Source of the DNA: Fistulifera solaris
Lineage: Eukaryota
Assembly: GCA_030295235.1 (NCBI GenBank)
Contig: AP026138.1
Location: forward strand, 186,001-250,000
Direction of reading: 5' to 3'
DNA: 64,000 bases
Shown here: positions 1-12,417 of the stretch, piece by piece
Layout of the letters: the number at the start of each line of letters is the position of its first letter
Numbering within the stretch: position 1 is the first letter of the stretch
The notes under the pieces: generated by a model
The model's input: only the letters and a program-made list of their open reading frames with translations
Told to the model about the DNA's origin: nothing
Databases searched by the model: none
Position numbers and translations under genes: made by a program

Positions 1-391
1 AATCAAGGAAGGAACTATCAATGGAATACTTGTAGCTGTTACTACGTATGATTGATGTTGTCGTTTGGTTTATGTTTTTGTTTTGTTTTTCGTCGCAACA
101 AATAATAGACTATAAATAGAGGGGCGAAACAAGACTGATTTTCCGTTGAAACATCGAGGTACACTCAAGTGCTATAGTCTTATTCCACGTAACCTGAACC
201 TTACGACCGACAGCTAAAAAAGCGGTGCACTTTTTTTGCGTTGCAGGTTGCAGCACAATTAAACAAAGAAGCATAATCAACAAGGATCCTTTGACATTCA
301 TAACATTCGTTCGTCTTTCTTCTCATTCTTCTATTATTTCTTGTTCTCCCTGTTTCACTTTTTCCTTCGCGAAGCGAAAAGAGCATTCATC

Positions 392-2603
392 ATGAGTACG
401 AACAAGAAGAAACACGATACTATTATGCACCGCAACGAATCCATTTTACGCTGTCAAGAACAGATTCGGACCTTACGACACCAACTGCAACAACACAAAC
501 GGGCTTGGAAACAGCATTATACTACAACTGCCCTCCGAAGGATCGGAGGAGATGCCTGGCTGGATTTGTCGATGAAAGAACAAATCTCGAAATCGAATTT
601 GTTGCTTCTCTTGCAGAAAGAAAACGAAGCTTTGCCGTATCCCCTTGGCGGCAGTCACTTTTGGACGCAGCAATTGCCATCGCATTTACAGAGTGATAAA
701 GAGTTGTGGCTGGCACGCTTGAAACGACCGGAATTGGGTTGTTTGAGCGAAGTGTGTGGCATAACGTTACCCGAGTCGTTGCTGCACGATCGCGATGTGG
801 TGATCGCGGCCGTTCGGGCGTGTCCCAAATTCTTGCTAGAATGGGAGACTTTGGCTGTAGCAGAATCCTTCTGGGACGATCGGCGCGTGTTTCAGGCCTT
901 GTTAGAAGCCCAAGGCCGTCGTGATCCTTATGTGCGACTCTTTTCGGTATCTTTGCGCAGTGACGCGGAACTCATGTTAGAGGCGCTGCGGCAGGGCATT
1001 CGTGTGTTTGAAGTCTTGCCGAAAGCCCTGCGGAATTCCAAATCATTTGCGTTGCAAGCTGCGGCTATTTTACAAACGTCGAGTCATAAATCGTACGGAC
1101 TAAAATCTCTCAAGGCTTTTTCGCCGCGCTTAAAGGCCGATTTGGAGGTGGTACGAGCGTTTTGTCAAGCCGATGGTACGTCACTGGCATGTGCATCGTA
1201 TGCGGCACGTCGGAATCTCGACATTGTGCGGACGGCGTGTTTCCAAGAACCGACGGCTTTTGTGTATTGTGTCAAAGGAAGGACACGGACCAAGCTCAAT
1301 CAGCATCCTTCGTTTTGGTTGGAAGTGCTGCAGCGCGCTCAAGTTTTGTGTGAATGTTCCCTGACGGTCGTCAACGGCAAACTTGTTTTGGATCCACGCA
1401 TTGCGTTATGGGATCGATTATGGGAGAATATGCCACAGAACATTCGGACGAACCGCGAAATTGCTCTGCTCCTGCTCGAAAAAGCACCCTCGAGTAGTCG
1501 GTATCGGTCACTCCCGTTATCGGTCTGGTCGGAACCGTCCTTTTGTTGCAAGTCGCCAAAATGGGTCGATTGCATTCATTGCCCGTGGCGGACAATATGG
1601 AACTGGGTCTCATGCCATATCTCCATTTGGATTTTTGTTGTCAGCTGGTGTCGCACGAGTACCTGTGTCCCCATGTCGTCCAAGCGATGATGCACCAGCT
1701 CCCTACGGCGGCATCTCAACGGCGTTTTTGGGAATCTTGGAATCCGAGCCAAATGGAGGAAACCTTGGAATTTATTTGGGAGCAAATGCCCGAAGACATT
1801 CTGAACGATAAAGCCATTATGATGAAATTTGCAAAATGCGACGAAGCGGCGGAGCATTTGGCGCGTATTATTTTATGGGAACCCGAAGATCGAGATATTT
1901 TGGAGCAATTGTTGCGCACGTATCCCGAGGCCCTCGAGGAAGTTCCCAATCACATCCAAGAGCTCTATCCGGATCTAATTGCTCAGTGCATTGCGGATTT
2001 ACCCGAGGATAGTTACCTTTTGGAGGGGCTGCATGATGTTATTTGCGAGGAATTATGGGGTCATCGGGAGGTCGCACTGGCGTGGATTCGCAAAGGCGGT
2101 GAAGATTTGTTCTTTTGGAGGATTACTTTGACGATGACGAAGAAATCTTTCTGGCTGTTGCGGAGCACAACTGGGAAGATTTCAATGTGGCTTCCGAGTC
2201 TTTGTTGAACGATAAGAAATTTTTGATTCAAGCGGTGACAAAAAATGAACAAATATGGACAGTACTGGAGACAGAGATGAAAGAGGATTTTGATATTGCA
2301 TTGACCGCGTTTGCGGCTCATCCGAATTTACCCTATTACGCTGCCGACGATGATTTTTCATTTCTGGTAGCGTTTGCTCGAAACGTTAGGGATCGATTAG
2401 AGATTCACGACTCCTTCGTCGAGCTAGTCCTTTGCTCCATGGACCTCCCTTCCTCGACCAACATTTTCACGACATTGAATCAGGGACGACACACGACTTT
2501 GCAATACAAGAAAAGCATCGCCGAGTATATCGGTTTACCCATGGGGAGCTATTTGGTGAAGCTGAAAAAGGCCTCCGAGCATCTAGCCATTTGGGGCTTC
2601 TAG
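392..2603 (+). CDS. DUF4116-like repeat protein, split over three ORFs by two frameshifts (~1540, ~2112)
   Basis: Repeated motifs typical of DUF4116 (LHDRDVVIAAV, LKADLEVVRA, DDDEEIFLAVAEHN, ASESLLNDKKFLIQAV); ORFs 341-1690, 1543-2208 and 2115-2603 overlap at T-runs; first ATG at 392. Confidence 0.65.
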
Positions 2604-2873
2604 GACTAGACTAGACTAGTGTAGAGAAGAATTGAATTGAATAAACAACTTAGTTTACTTTGCTGTACTGTTCAATGAGCAGTAGACTTAGAACCGATGT
2701 GCTGGGATCACGTTTCGCAGTCTTTCGAAAAAACTTGCGCGATGTCATTCGAATGCAATCAAGTCGTGCTTGTTCATGCATATTCGATATTACCTTATTC
2801 ACTTGTCATTATCATGCACAAACGAATCACTTTCTAGGAGCTTTTATAACCTCGTGTTTAATTGAATCGGAAC

Positions 2874-4456
2874 ATGCAGTTGCAATGGCTTTTCCTTGTT
2901 TCTCTGCTCATGCAGCCGGCTTGGTCGTTTTATCCAGCAACATTCGGCACGAAGCACTCCATCACGGCTCTATCGCTTTCCACGCGCACCGAAGAGACCG
3001 TACAAGCTCTGGAAAAATTACTGAAACAACAAAAAGCGGAATTAGCGGAAACCGAAAAACTGTTGCAGGCGATTCGTTCATCGTCCGACGACAACGAGAT
3101 GATTCGTTCGACCGCGGCGTCCTTAGCGGCGGGCTTTGAGTATGGTTTCAAAAGTCGGAGTGACGGTCCGGTGCTCAATCGAACTGTCGCAGCGTATGGA
3201 GGTCCTCCCGCAAATTTGTGGACGATTGGGACGACGCAGTTTTGGAGGAATTGGAATGCCATGAAGGGTGAATATGAAGACGAAGACGATGAGATCGACT
3301 TGACACAACAGCAACGAGATTTCCGTCATGAATTAGAACAGTTGACACTCAATTCGACCGAAATATGGGCCAAAGAGTTCGCCGATGGACCGATTGTGGC
3401 ACCGTGGATCATCAAGATCCCCTATTTGGTCGTTTGTTACATGCTAGACGTTCTTTTCGAAAAGAATACGTATTTGCGAGGTTCTTTTTACTCGAAACGG
3501 TGGCTCGGATGCCTTACTTCTCCTACATTACCATGTTACATTTGTATGAGACGTTGGGGTTTTGGAGACGCAGTGCCGACATGAAGCGTATACATTTTGC
3601 CGAAGAACTCAATGAGTTTCGACACTTGCTCATCATGGAATCCTTGGGGGGAGATCAGAAGTGGTGGGTGCGATTCCTGGCGCAGCATTCGGCAATTGTA
3701 TACTACGTCGTTCTCTGCGTACTTTGGGCTGTATCCCCGTCGCTCTCCTACAGATTTTCTGAGCTCCTGGAAACTCACGCGGTCAACACATATACGACGT
3801 TCCTAGAGGAAAACGAAGTTCGTCTCCGCCAGCTTCCTCCATCGATGGCTGCTGTCGAGTACTATGCTTTTGGTTCTTCGGATAGCTTTTACGCCGAGTT
3901 TCAAACATCTGCTCTGGTGGAAGGGGGTGAGGTAAGAGTTTGGAAACATTGTCCGTTACCTTCTTCTATGAACCTCTGCTCACACAATTGTTTATAGATT
4001 CGTAGACCAGGTTCGCAGATAAGATCCTTATACGATGTCTTTCACACAATCCGCGACGACGAGTCCGATCACGCCAGTACAATGGCTTCTTGCTTAAATC
4101 CGGATTCGAATCTTAGGTCTCTGTCCATCGAAAAGAAATTTTTGACGTCCATGGTTGTATTAGGAGCTTCCTCCTTGCTCCTCTACGCGAACGAGCTGAA
4201 CAGTGTTTCCGAAACGGCAGACATTGCGGCAGATATGGCGACCGACGCGGCGACGGCTGGCGGCGACTCGATGTTCTTGGATGCCGTGACGGCAGGCGCC
4301 ATGGGCATGATGCAGAATCTAATGGGAGAAGAGAGTGAAGAACTAACTTTAGCAGCAGGTCGTGCCGAAGGAGCTGGAACCCTTTTCCAAGTTATTGTTA
4401 GGGGAACTGTGGAAGTTCTCGAAACAATTGGACGCTTTTTCATCTCTTTTCTATAA
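2874..4456 (+). CDS. PTOX: Plastid terminal oxidase (PTOX / alternative oxidase family), one intron 3932-3997, frameshift ~3460
   Basis: Di-iron motifs [32 protein letters not shown] and IRDDESDH (after splicing); signal peptide ending AWS-F. Confidence 0.9.
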
Positions 4457-4673
4457 GGGGATTTGCATTTGAGGAACATCATGATTCAGTGATTGAGAGA
4501 GTAGTGATAGATCCTTGTTCACATTTCGAATAACCTAGACAGTTTTGTAGTTTTACTTATGGTTTGATCTAAACCCTATTTTCAAATATTTGTCTGGTAC
4601 GAAGCATGTTCACAGAATACAAAAGTCAGCACGAAACGAGGGGGGTGCAAACACACTAATGTTATTGATGCGT

Positions 4674-5106
4674 TTAAAGAATAGAACCAGCATTGGCAGC
4701 AATACGGGGCCACAATTCGGCACACTCCTTGGCAACAGGTCCTGACACAGCAGATCCCTTCATTTCTCCCTTATTGTTGACAATAACACCGGCACTGTCC
4801 TCAAAGTGAATGAACACACCTTCCTTTCGGCGGAACGCCTTGCGTTGTCGCACCACAATGGCGGGCATAACTTTTTGCGCAATTCCGGCTTTCCTTTTTC
4901 ACGGAGCACATGACCATATCACCCGAACCGGCCTTGGGAAGACGATTCAAACGTCCACCAATGTTGCATACGGCAATAATGTGCAAGTTCTTGGCGCCCG
5001 TGTTGTCGGCGCAGTTCATGACAGCCGCATTGGGGAGACCAGCTGTTACTCTGTGCTTAATTCCGGAAGCAATCGCTCGTCCACGTGCAGCGCCTTTTTC
5101 ACCCAT
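4674..5106 (-). CDS. RPL23: 60S ribosomal protein L23 (uL14), two homopolymer frameshifts at ~4872-4876 and ~4895-4899; probable 5'UTR intron ~5116-5280
   Basis: [11 protein letters not shown] and [36 protein letters not shown]; adding one A to each of two A5 runs restores [15 protein letters not shown]. Confidence 0.95.
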
Positions 5107-5756
5107 TTTGTTTCACTGTTAAAAAATAAAATAATCCGCGAACGAAAGAGAAACGACGGGAAATTGTGAGCCGATGAAATTTCAATTCAGTTCGAAAAGG
5201 CATGAAATTATCTGCTACGCGATTTCACACAAGCTTGTTGTTGCTATCCACAGCTTTAGCAAGCGATGAAACGAACTTACATTATTTTTCTTTGATTGAT
5301 AAATCTACAACGAGTTCAATAGCAACACCATCTTGATGCTTCGTTTCGAGGCGGTTTAGTAAATCGGTAACTCACCAACGGGTGAAGACAGACGCTGCGC
5401 GCGTGGTGCGCGCGTGAGAGATCAAGTCCCGATACTTCTGGACTGGCCGCTGGCCCGCGCCCAGAGCCAACGGACAAAAACGGGGTCATTTCATTCGTTG
5501 CGATGAAAAGTTCCACGTGTACCCCTTTACTATGACGAATTATATGGCGAAATAATTCGATTTTACGGAATGATGCAAGACTTCCTCGTGTAAGTAGACC
5601 ACAGTACATGTTGCACGATACACTCGAACAGCGCAAAGGATCCGCATCATCGCATCCTTTCGGCGAACAATAAAACACCCTCGGCATTGCCTCGTTTGTA
5701 TTGCATTCTTGTGCATCTCCTCTAATATCTATTAACCTACAATACTAACAATAATC

Positions 5757-7020
5757 ATGAAGTTTTCGCAAGCTTTGTTTTGTTTAGTTGCGGCCGTCCC
5801 TGCGGCTGCGGATGTTTTCATCAAAGAACAGTTCAACGATGAGGTACGTCGTCGTCGTTGTTCCTTCGGTCCATCTAAAAGAGGACTCGCTAATCTCTCA
5901 CTATTCTCTAAAAAAGGCATGGAAGACTCGATGGACCGTTCCGAGCAGCTGGAAATCGAAAAGTGAACTCGGAGAATGGAAACACACCGCCGGAGCTTAC
6001 TTTGCGGACGAGAACGATCAGGGCATTCAAACGTCGGAAAATCACCGCTTCTACGGTCTTTCCGCCAAGATGGATAAGCCGTTCGTCTCGGGAGACAAAG
6101 AGCTGGTCATTCAATATTCCGTTCGACACGAACAAAAGTTGGATTGCGGAGGTGCTTACATCAAGTTGCTGCCCGGTGGGGATGCCTTTGATGCCGACAA
6201 GTTTGGGGGTGATACGCCCTACGCGGTCATGTTTGGTCCGGATATTTGCGGATCGGCCAACAAACGAACGCACGTTATCTTGAATTATCCGGCGAAAAAT
6301 GAGAACTTGTTGATTAATAAAGAGATTCCGCCGGAAAAGGATAATCTTTCTCACTTGTACACTCTCGTGATTCGTCCCGATAATACCTTTGAAGTGTTTG
6401 TTGACAACAAATCGGTTCGATCGGGCAAATTGGAAGACGAATTCGATTTCTTGGAACCCAAGCAAATCAAAGACCCGGATGCCAAGAAGCCGGCGGATTG
6501 GGTGGATATCAAGAAAATCCCCGACCCTGAGGATAAGAAACCGGAAGGTTACGACGACATTCCCAAGGAAATTCCGGATCCAGAAGCCACCAAGCCGGAA
6601 GACTGGAGCGACGAAGACGATGGTCAGTGGGAACCTCCGATGATTGATAACCCTGAGTACAAGGGAGAATGGAAGCCAAAGATGATTGACAATCCTGAAT
6701 ACAAGGGCAAATGGGAACATCCCATGATTGACAACCCCGACTACAAGTACGACCCCGATATGTACAAGGTATGCAAGGATGGTTGCACGCATATTGGCTT
6801 TGAATTGTGGCAAGTGACGGCCGGCACCATGTTTGATGATATCCTTGTCACCGACAGTCTCGAAGAAGCTCAAAAATTTGGTGAAGAGACGTTCTTCAAG
6901 AAGAAGGATGCCGAGAAGGCGAGTTACGACAAGTTCAAAGAGGAGGAAAAGAAGAAGGAGGCGGATGAGGAACCGGAAATCGATCTTTCGGATTTCGACG
7001 GAATGGGCGATGAGTTCTAA
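5757..7020 (+). CDS. CALR: Calreticulin, intron 5844-5916
   Basis: Signal peptide, DCGGAYIKL, MFGPDICG, P-domain repeats (IPDPE..KPEDW, IDNPEYKG.W), acidic tail ending GDEF. Confidence 0.95.
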
Positions 7021-7152
7021 GAACGTGAAAAAACTTTTCCCTCTTTCATCGGCAATCTCGCTCGGTAGTCTTGCCTTTTGATTTTTAATAGCGCAATTAC
7101 ACACTTGTACGCTTTATCTAATTAAAAAGCAAAATAGAAATTGCGATGGTAT

Positions 7153-8682
7153 TTACGATCCCCTCGTTGGAGGTGGAACCAGCAAACGACCTCGTCGCGA
7201 TGCGGTTCGACCCAGTTCTCGTTCGGATTCTTCCAAACCGTACCGACGGGCAATAGCTCCAAACCAACTGACCGTTTCCAGAACAATGTTGCCAACTCCC
7301 ACAACGGCAAAGAGAGGTCTTTCATCTACGTGTTCATTCGGTGCGGTCGGCGAAAATCGAGACAATGCTTGTGATCCCGCCCCATCGATGCGGACTTTTC
7401 CCGACTGACGATCAAATCGACTGTCTGGTTCAGCACTCTTATTCTCCACCACCGCTGTCACATACTCTAATGTATTCGTTGCAAAACTGGCGTCGCTCTC
7501 TTTCGAGAATGCGGGTGACAGTAACTGTATTTTCGTTGTTGTCGAGTCATCGCTCTGTTCTTTGGTTGGGTTGTCGCATAACTGTTTCAAAATTTTACCA
7601 ATCATTTCGTCGTCGTCTTCTTCGGCCAACAGACTTCCCGTTTCCAGTAACGTTTCTTTGGCTTGGAGACATGAAAGCAGTCGAAGATCCGCCGCGACTT
7701 TGCGATCCACAGTAATGGCAACATGACCACTATCCGCCGTCACAAGGCTAACACTCCCCGCCGATAAACTGTCAACGTGTACCTGGCAGGATACCCAGTT
7801 GCTGTCGCTATAGGACGACGATTCTTGTATTGATACTTCGCACTGTCCATTGACTCCTCCCAATTCAACGATCGGATACTGCATCTGAGTAAATTCATTT
7901 CGTTCCGTGGGCCGAGGTTGACCATTCGCTTCAATCAGAACGGGCCCGTGATTGGATTTGATTCGTACTGCTCGATGAGAAAGAGTACGACGAGGATGAA
8001 CTCGGATGCTAGCTCCACTCCCAGCATCGTTGCCCGTCGAAATGAACAACGCACTGATATCAACGAGTGATTTTTCATCGTCCGGATCGTCGACGGTGTG
8101 CTGGCGGGGCAAATCACTATCGTGTACTTGAATGTCGGCCTGTGAACAATGAACTTGTTTGGCACGGAAGCGGCCCGTAGATTTGACGCGGAAACGAGCC
8201 GCTTCGACCAAATCCTCCACAATAATGCTATGTGCTTTCAAATCAATGTCGTGCCCACGTAGTTTCTTGGCATGTATCGCTCCATTTGTGTTCAGTGCCA
8301 CATCTCCTTCGATTTTTCCGGGAATCGAAATGAAACTCCCTTCAGCAAATAAGCTGCAGCTGAGATTGATTTTTTCGGGTACTTGGACGGTAATCTGCGG
8401 TAAGGAATTGTTGGTCGGAAGGAATGTTGTCAAGGCGGTGAGTGGCTCGACATTGACCGATATGTGAGGGGCTATTCTTCCTATTGATGTTTGTAGCTCT
8501 GTTTCACAAACGTCTAAGCGGATGCTGCTGTCTTCGGAATAAGAGATGACACCATCATCTCTCCATTCGGGTTGAAAAACGACCGAACAGGGCACATGGG
8601 AACGAAAGGTAAAAGTCGACCCTTGTGAAAGTTGCGCTAAAGATTTACGTATCAAATGTCGTGCGATGGCATTACTTGTCAT
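7153..8682 (-). CDS. Hypothetical protein, possibly mitochondrial FAM185A/DUF4097 (adhesin-like beta-solenoid) family
   Basis: 509 aa uninterrupted ORF; basic amphipathic N-terminus; ITVQVPEKINL and IPGKIEGDVALNTNGAIHAKKLRG resemble DUF4097 repeats. Confidence 0.5.
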   Translation of the reverse strand: MTSNAIARHLIRKSLAQLSQGSTFTFRSHVPCSVVFQPEWRDDGVISYSEDSSIRLDVCETELQTSIGRIAPHISVNVEPLTALTTFLPTNNSLPQITVQVPEKINLSCSLFAEGSFISIPGKIEGDVALNTNGAIHAKKLRGHDIDLKAHSIIVEDLVEAARFRVKSTGRFRAKQVHCSQADIQVHDSDLPRQHTVDDPDDEKSLVDISALFISTGNDAGSGASIRVHPRRTLSHRAVRIKSNHGPVLIEANGQPRPTERNEFTQMQYPIVELGGVNGQCEVSIQESSSYSDSNWVSCQVHVDSLSAGSVSLVTADSGHVAITVDRKVAADLRLLSCLQAKETLLETGSLLAEEDDDEMIGKILKQLCDNPTKEQSDDSTTTKIQLLSPAFSKESDASFATNTLEYVTAVVENKSAEPDSRFDRQSGKVRIDGAGSQALSRFSPTAPNEHVDERPLFAVVGVGNIVLETVSWFGAIARRYGLEESERELGRTASRRGRLLVPPPTRGS

Positions 8683-8824
8683 GAAGAAGCGTTGTTCGAC
8701 GTTAGAAGTTCTTTGTTCGCTTTTAGATCCAAGGAGAGCAACTTTTTTTATTGCTGGAACGACAAATGAAAGAATTGCAACGCAATAATGAGCTGTTTAC
8801 TGTTTACTGTACTATCAGTCCATT

Positions 8825-10890
8825 GTGGTCAATAAGTTGAGGGTGTCGAAAAACCAGGAAATTTACCTGACATTACCAGACTTGAGTCTCTCTGAAAAGT
8901 AGGGCACCGGTACCGAGTACTCTCCTAGTATGGTTGAAATGCAGTGTAAGGTGAAGAGATCAATTTTGTGGTCAATAAGGTGGAAGTGGTGAAAAGTCAG
9001 GATCCCGCAAATCGCGAACGTGTCACTGGTCGTCTCGCTTATTCATTAAGTTCTTTCTCATGAACTTTCATCGCCCTCGAAGAAGGAAAAAATACTTGTA
9101 GCCGTTCAACTTGTTGTGAATAAAGAGACAACGTGACGACAAGAGGAGAATTTGACGCTGGTTTGGTTAAAAAGAATCAAGTATGGAGTCAGTATACAGA
9201 CTACGATCGACACAAGAAACGTTTCTTGGTCTGACCAGATGCAACTCTTTTTGGCCAAGGAATTCGCCAAGGCCTAATTATTGCATGCTTGCTTGTTGCC
9301 GGTGCAGAGTATTAGTTGCCTCAACACATTTGTGTCGTGTTGCGAAAACGACGGAACAATCGGTCAATTAAGCTACCAATCCTTGCGAATGGAAAGATAA
9401 TGGTTGCAAAATAAAAACGAAATCTTGCCCATTGTTGCAACGCATGCTCTAGTAATTGAGCTCGTCTAGTCGGTTTAATGTGAGCCGGGCTAGACCTATC
9501 ATCGTCTTGAACATGTGTCGATTATGGTCAAGGAGTTGAGGGTGTCGAAATTTCCTGGCTTTTCACCGATGGCAGAAACTCGACACTACTTTGTACGCTA
9601 TACTATCAAGAGGAGGAAGTGGTCAAGAAGTTGGTGGTGGGTGAAGGGGGATTTGGAAAGTCGAAACGGGCGTCCGTGTCAATGAAATTGTTTTTTCATG
9701 AAAAGAAAAAGTCCGTCGAGTGTGACCGCGATCAGACCAAAGGATCGATGAAACCAGTACACTTTTCAATCATTTCATTTCTATAAAAGATAAAAGAACA
9801 AAAGATAAAAGATTAAGGAATTTTGGAGAAGGGCATGGCTTGCTTTCGCTAGACTGATGACAGAGAACATGTGTAACGGAGACAACCCGCGACAATGACT
9901 GGACAATACGCGAGATGCACGATGCACATCGGGCATCGGTGATGAAAAAACAAAGAAACCAGTCTTTTTAAAACTAGTGTGACTGACATGCCATTAATGA
10001 CGTTTTTCATTTGAGGGATATGAAATAGCGCTGCTCTTGAACCAATGACGATCCACTCCATTTCGTAAAGCGTCTTTTCTTTCTTTCGGGATTCAGTTGC
10101 CTTTTTGTTTATGGTACGTGGTCCTTCGAGCAAATGCGGCACGAAATGCTTCTACCTGGCACTATGCTATAGCGCCACACTTTGTACATATTCTCCATTC
10201 AGTAACTGTTTCAATCAAGCTGCTGTTTGTGCGGAGGAATGCAATTCTTGTCGTAAACCTCCATGTTGAATTCGCAAGTAAACCCAGAGTAAGGGCCGTA
10301 CCAGGTACCTCTCAAGGCTTGACAAAAAGCAATTATAAATAAAACAATGGCATCTATCACTTAGCTGCTAAGTGACTGGAGTAGGCTGGCATGCAAGCAA
10401 AAGAGATTGAAGAACGAATGAGAGCAATTATTTTCAGCGGGATCCAGCGTGGTCAAGAAGTTGGAAGCAAGGTTGAAGTCAAGAGGTCCATTTTGCAGGG
10501 GTCGTTCGAGTCATTGCTCCACTTTTTGATCCATACTACGTACATTGGAAACGAAATGACCGCATACAGCCCAGTAAGGTTAAGGCTACTGTAAGAGCTA
10601 AAAGCGCTCTTTTGTATCCCATCACTTATCAATTCAATGCATTATTTCCGCTTGTTCTTGATGACAATCAAGCGTCAAACCAAGACCCACTAATCAATTC
10701 AATCCATTATTTCCCCTTTTTCTTGATGACACTCAAACTCAAACCAAGACCAAGAGCTCAAGCTCAAGCTCAACAGTTCCAAATTCCCGGTTACCGGTTA
10801 CCGGTATTTAACGGTGGTCAGTGGTCAATGAGTTGGGAGTGTCGACTTTCCAGGTTTCCATGAAAGTGGAAAGTCGACATGCCAGGAAAA
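8825..10890 (+). repeat. Dispersed direct repeats of a composite motif, consensus GTGGTCAAnrAGTTG, six copies
   Basis: Copies at 8825, 8968, 9525, 9619, 10449 and 10821, all on the + strand. Confidence 0.8.
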
Positions 10891-11128
10891 TCTATCCTCA
10901 TCACTAGTCGCGTTAAAAATTGGTAGTAAAAAATGCGTGCACATCGCGTCGACGGCGAACCCAACCTTCATTCGCATTCTGATAAAAAACAATAAACAAA
11001 CCCACACGTTGGGCCTCTACATTCTATCCCTCGTTTCCTGTTTTGCTTCCTCGCAGAACATGATCCACTGATACCGCTGCTGGTACCGCTATTAGGCTCA
11101 AACCGCTTGGCGAACGCAAAGACACAAA

Positions 11129-12251
11129 ATGTGTGTACTTCGACGACGAAAGATCGCGCACCTATTTTTCGCGACGATTGTGACATGTTGTCGAGAGGTA
11201 GCAGCGTTCCCAACAACTCTCCCTCCCGTATCCAAATTGAAACAATGTCGCGGCTGGCAATCGGATGCTGCTTTGTGTCAGTCACTCAGTGACGGAGACG
11301 GTAATCTCAACGACAATAACAAGGATACTCCACAAGTCGTCCTACAACAAGCCACCGTCCAAATGACATCAAATTTCCAGCGATCTGTACTCTTTTCCAT
11401 CGGCATGACACTAGCGGGGGCGACGTTGGGACCCTTTCTGGATACCTATCACTCGACATTTGGAGTTTTGCACTACGAACATCCCATTACGGCGGCCTTG
11501 TGGTCTCGGCCGATCCCGCACTCATTACCGCCTGGTGGGTTCCGGAATTGTTTGGAGTGGCGGGCTTTTGATTGGTTGGCTGTACATTGGATTGGATGCG
11601 GGATTGTCTTCGTCATCGAAACGTCCGTCGGTGCCGAAAATACTCGTGGGAATCTCATTCTTCACCTTCCAGTACTGGTTCTCCGGAGTCCTCGTGGCGA
11701 TGGGAGTGGATCGTGTGACGATACTGAATATTATGTCCGCTATGGCAGCCATTGGTTTTGTCGCATTGGATGGAAGTCTGGCGGGCCTGGTGACCAGCAC
11801 GGCCACGGCGGTCGGCGGGCCTTTGATTGAAATTGGTTTGCTGTCCTTGACGCGGGCGGGCATGTTGGGAGAAAATGGCTATGCGTACACCGATTTGGGT
11901 GAAACGGGCTTTTTCCCTCTTTGGATCTGTCCCGTTTACTTTTTGGGGGGACCCGCCAATGGAAATTTAGCACGCGGGCTTTGGAACGCCATTTCAGAAC
12001 GTTTAGGAATTCCCGCTGAAGCATTGCCGAACAAGGGAGTTGACTGCAAGGTCTGCCAAAATACTCGCACAGTTCCTTGTCCGAATTGCGATGGAACAGG
12101 TGATTACATTGCGATGGGTGGTCGCAGAGTGTCGTGTACTTCGTGTCGCGGTCGAGGCTTTGTCATTTGCCGCGATTGTTTTGACGAGTACGGCGAAGAC
12201 CCCTACGACATTGAAGCTATCCGTGAGAAAATGTCCCGAATGCCGGACTAG
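11129..12251 (+). CDS. Plastid-targeted INSIG-like membrane protein with C-terminal DnaJ-type Cys-rich zinc finger; frameshifts ~11505-11570
   Basis: Presequence VAA-FP; GATLGPFLDTYHSTFGVLHY, GGPLIEIGL and FPLWICPVYFLGG; CKVC, CPNCDGTG, CTSCRGRG, CRDC. Confidence 0.65.
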
Positions 12252-12417
12252 AGGCACTCACATTGAACTCAAAGTTTTGCTGCTATTTCTCGAAATTTAA
12301 CCTTATTTTACAGAGAGTGATTTAAATGTATGTAGAAGAGTGCTTGTTCTCGTAGTGAAATGTACGTTGATTGACTCGTTGGGAAATACGATTAGCGGTT
12401 TCTGCAGGAGAGAGATC

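Noticed and set aside
4674..5106. RPL23 as pseudogene or programmed frameshift
   Set aside because: The protein is otherwise fully conserved and the same homopolymer pattern recurs window-wide
5908..7104. 398 aa minus-strand ORF
   Set aside because: Antisense shadow of calreticulin
10731..10805. CTCAAG/CCAAGA hexamer run and CCGGTTA repeats
   Set aside because: Short simple repeats, consistent with slippage
8825..10890. CRISPR-like reading of the repeated motif
   Set aside because: Repeats are degenerate, spacing is irregular (about 95-830 bp), there are no cas genes and the context is eukaryotic
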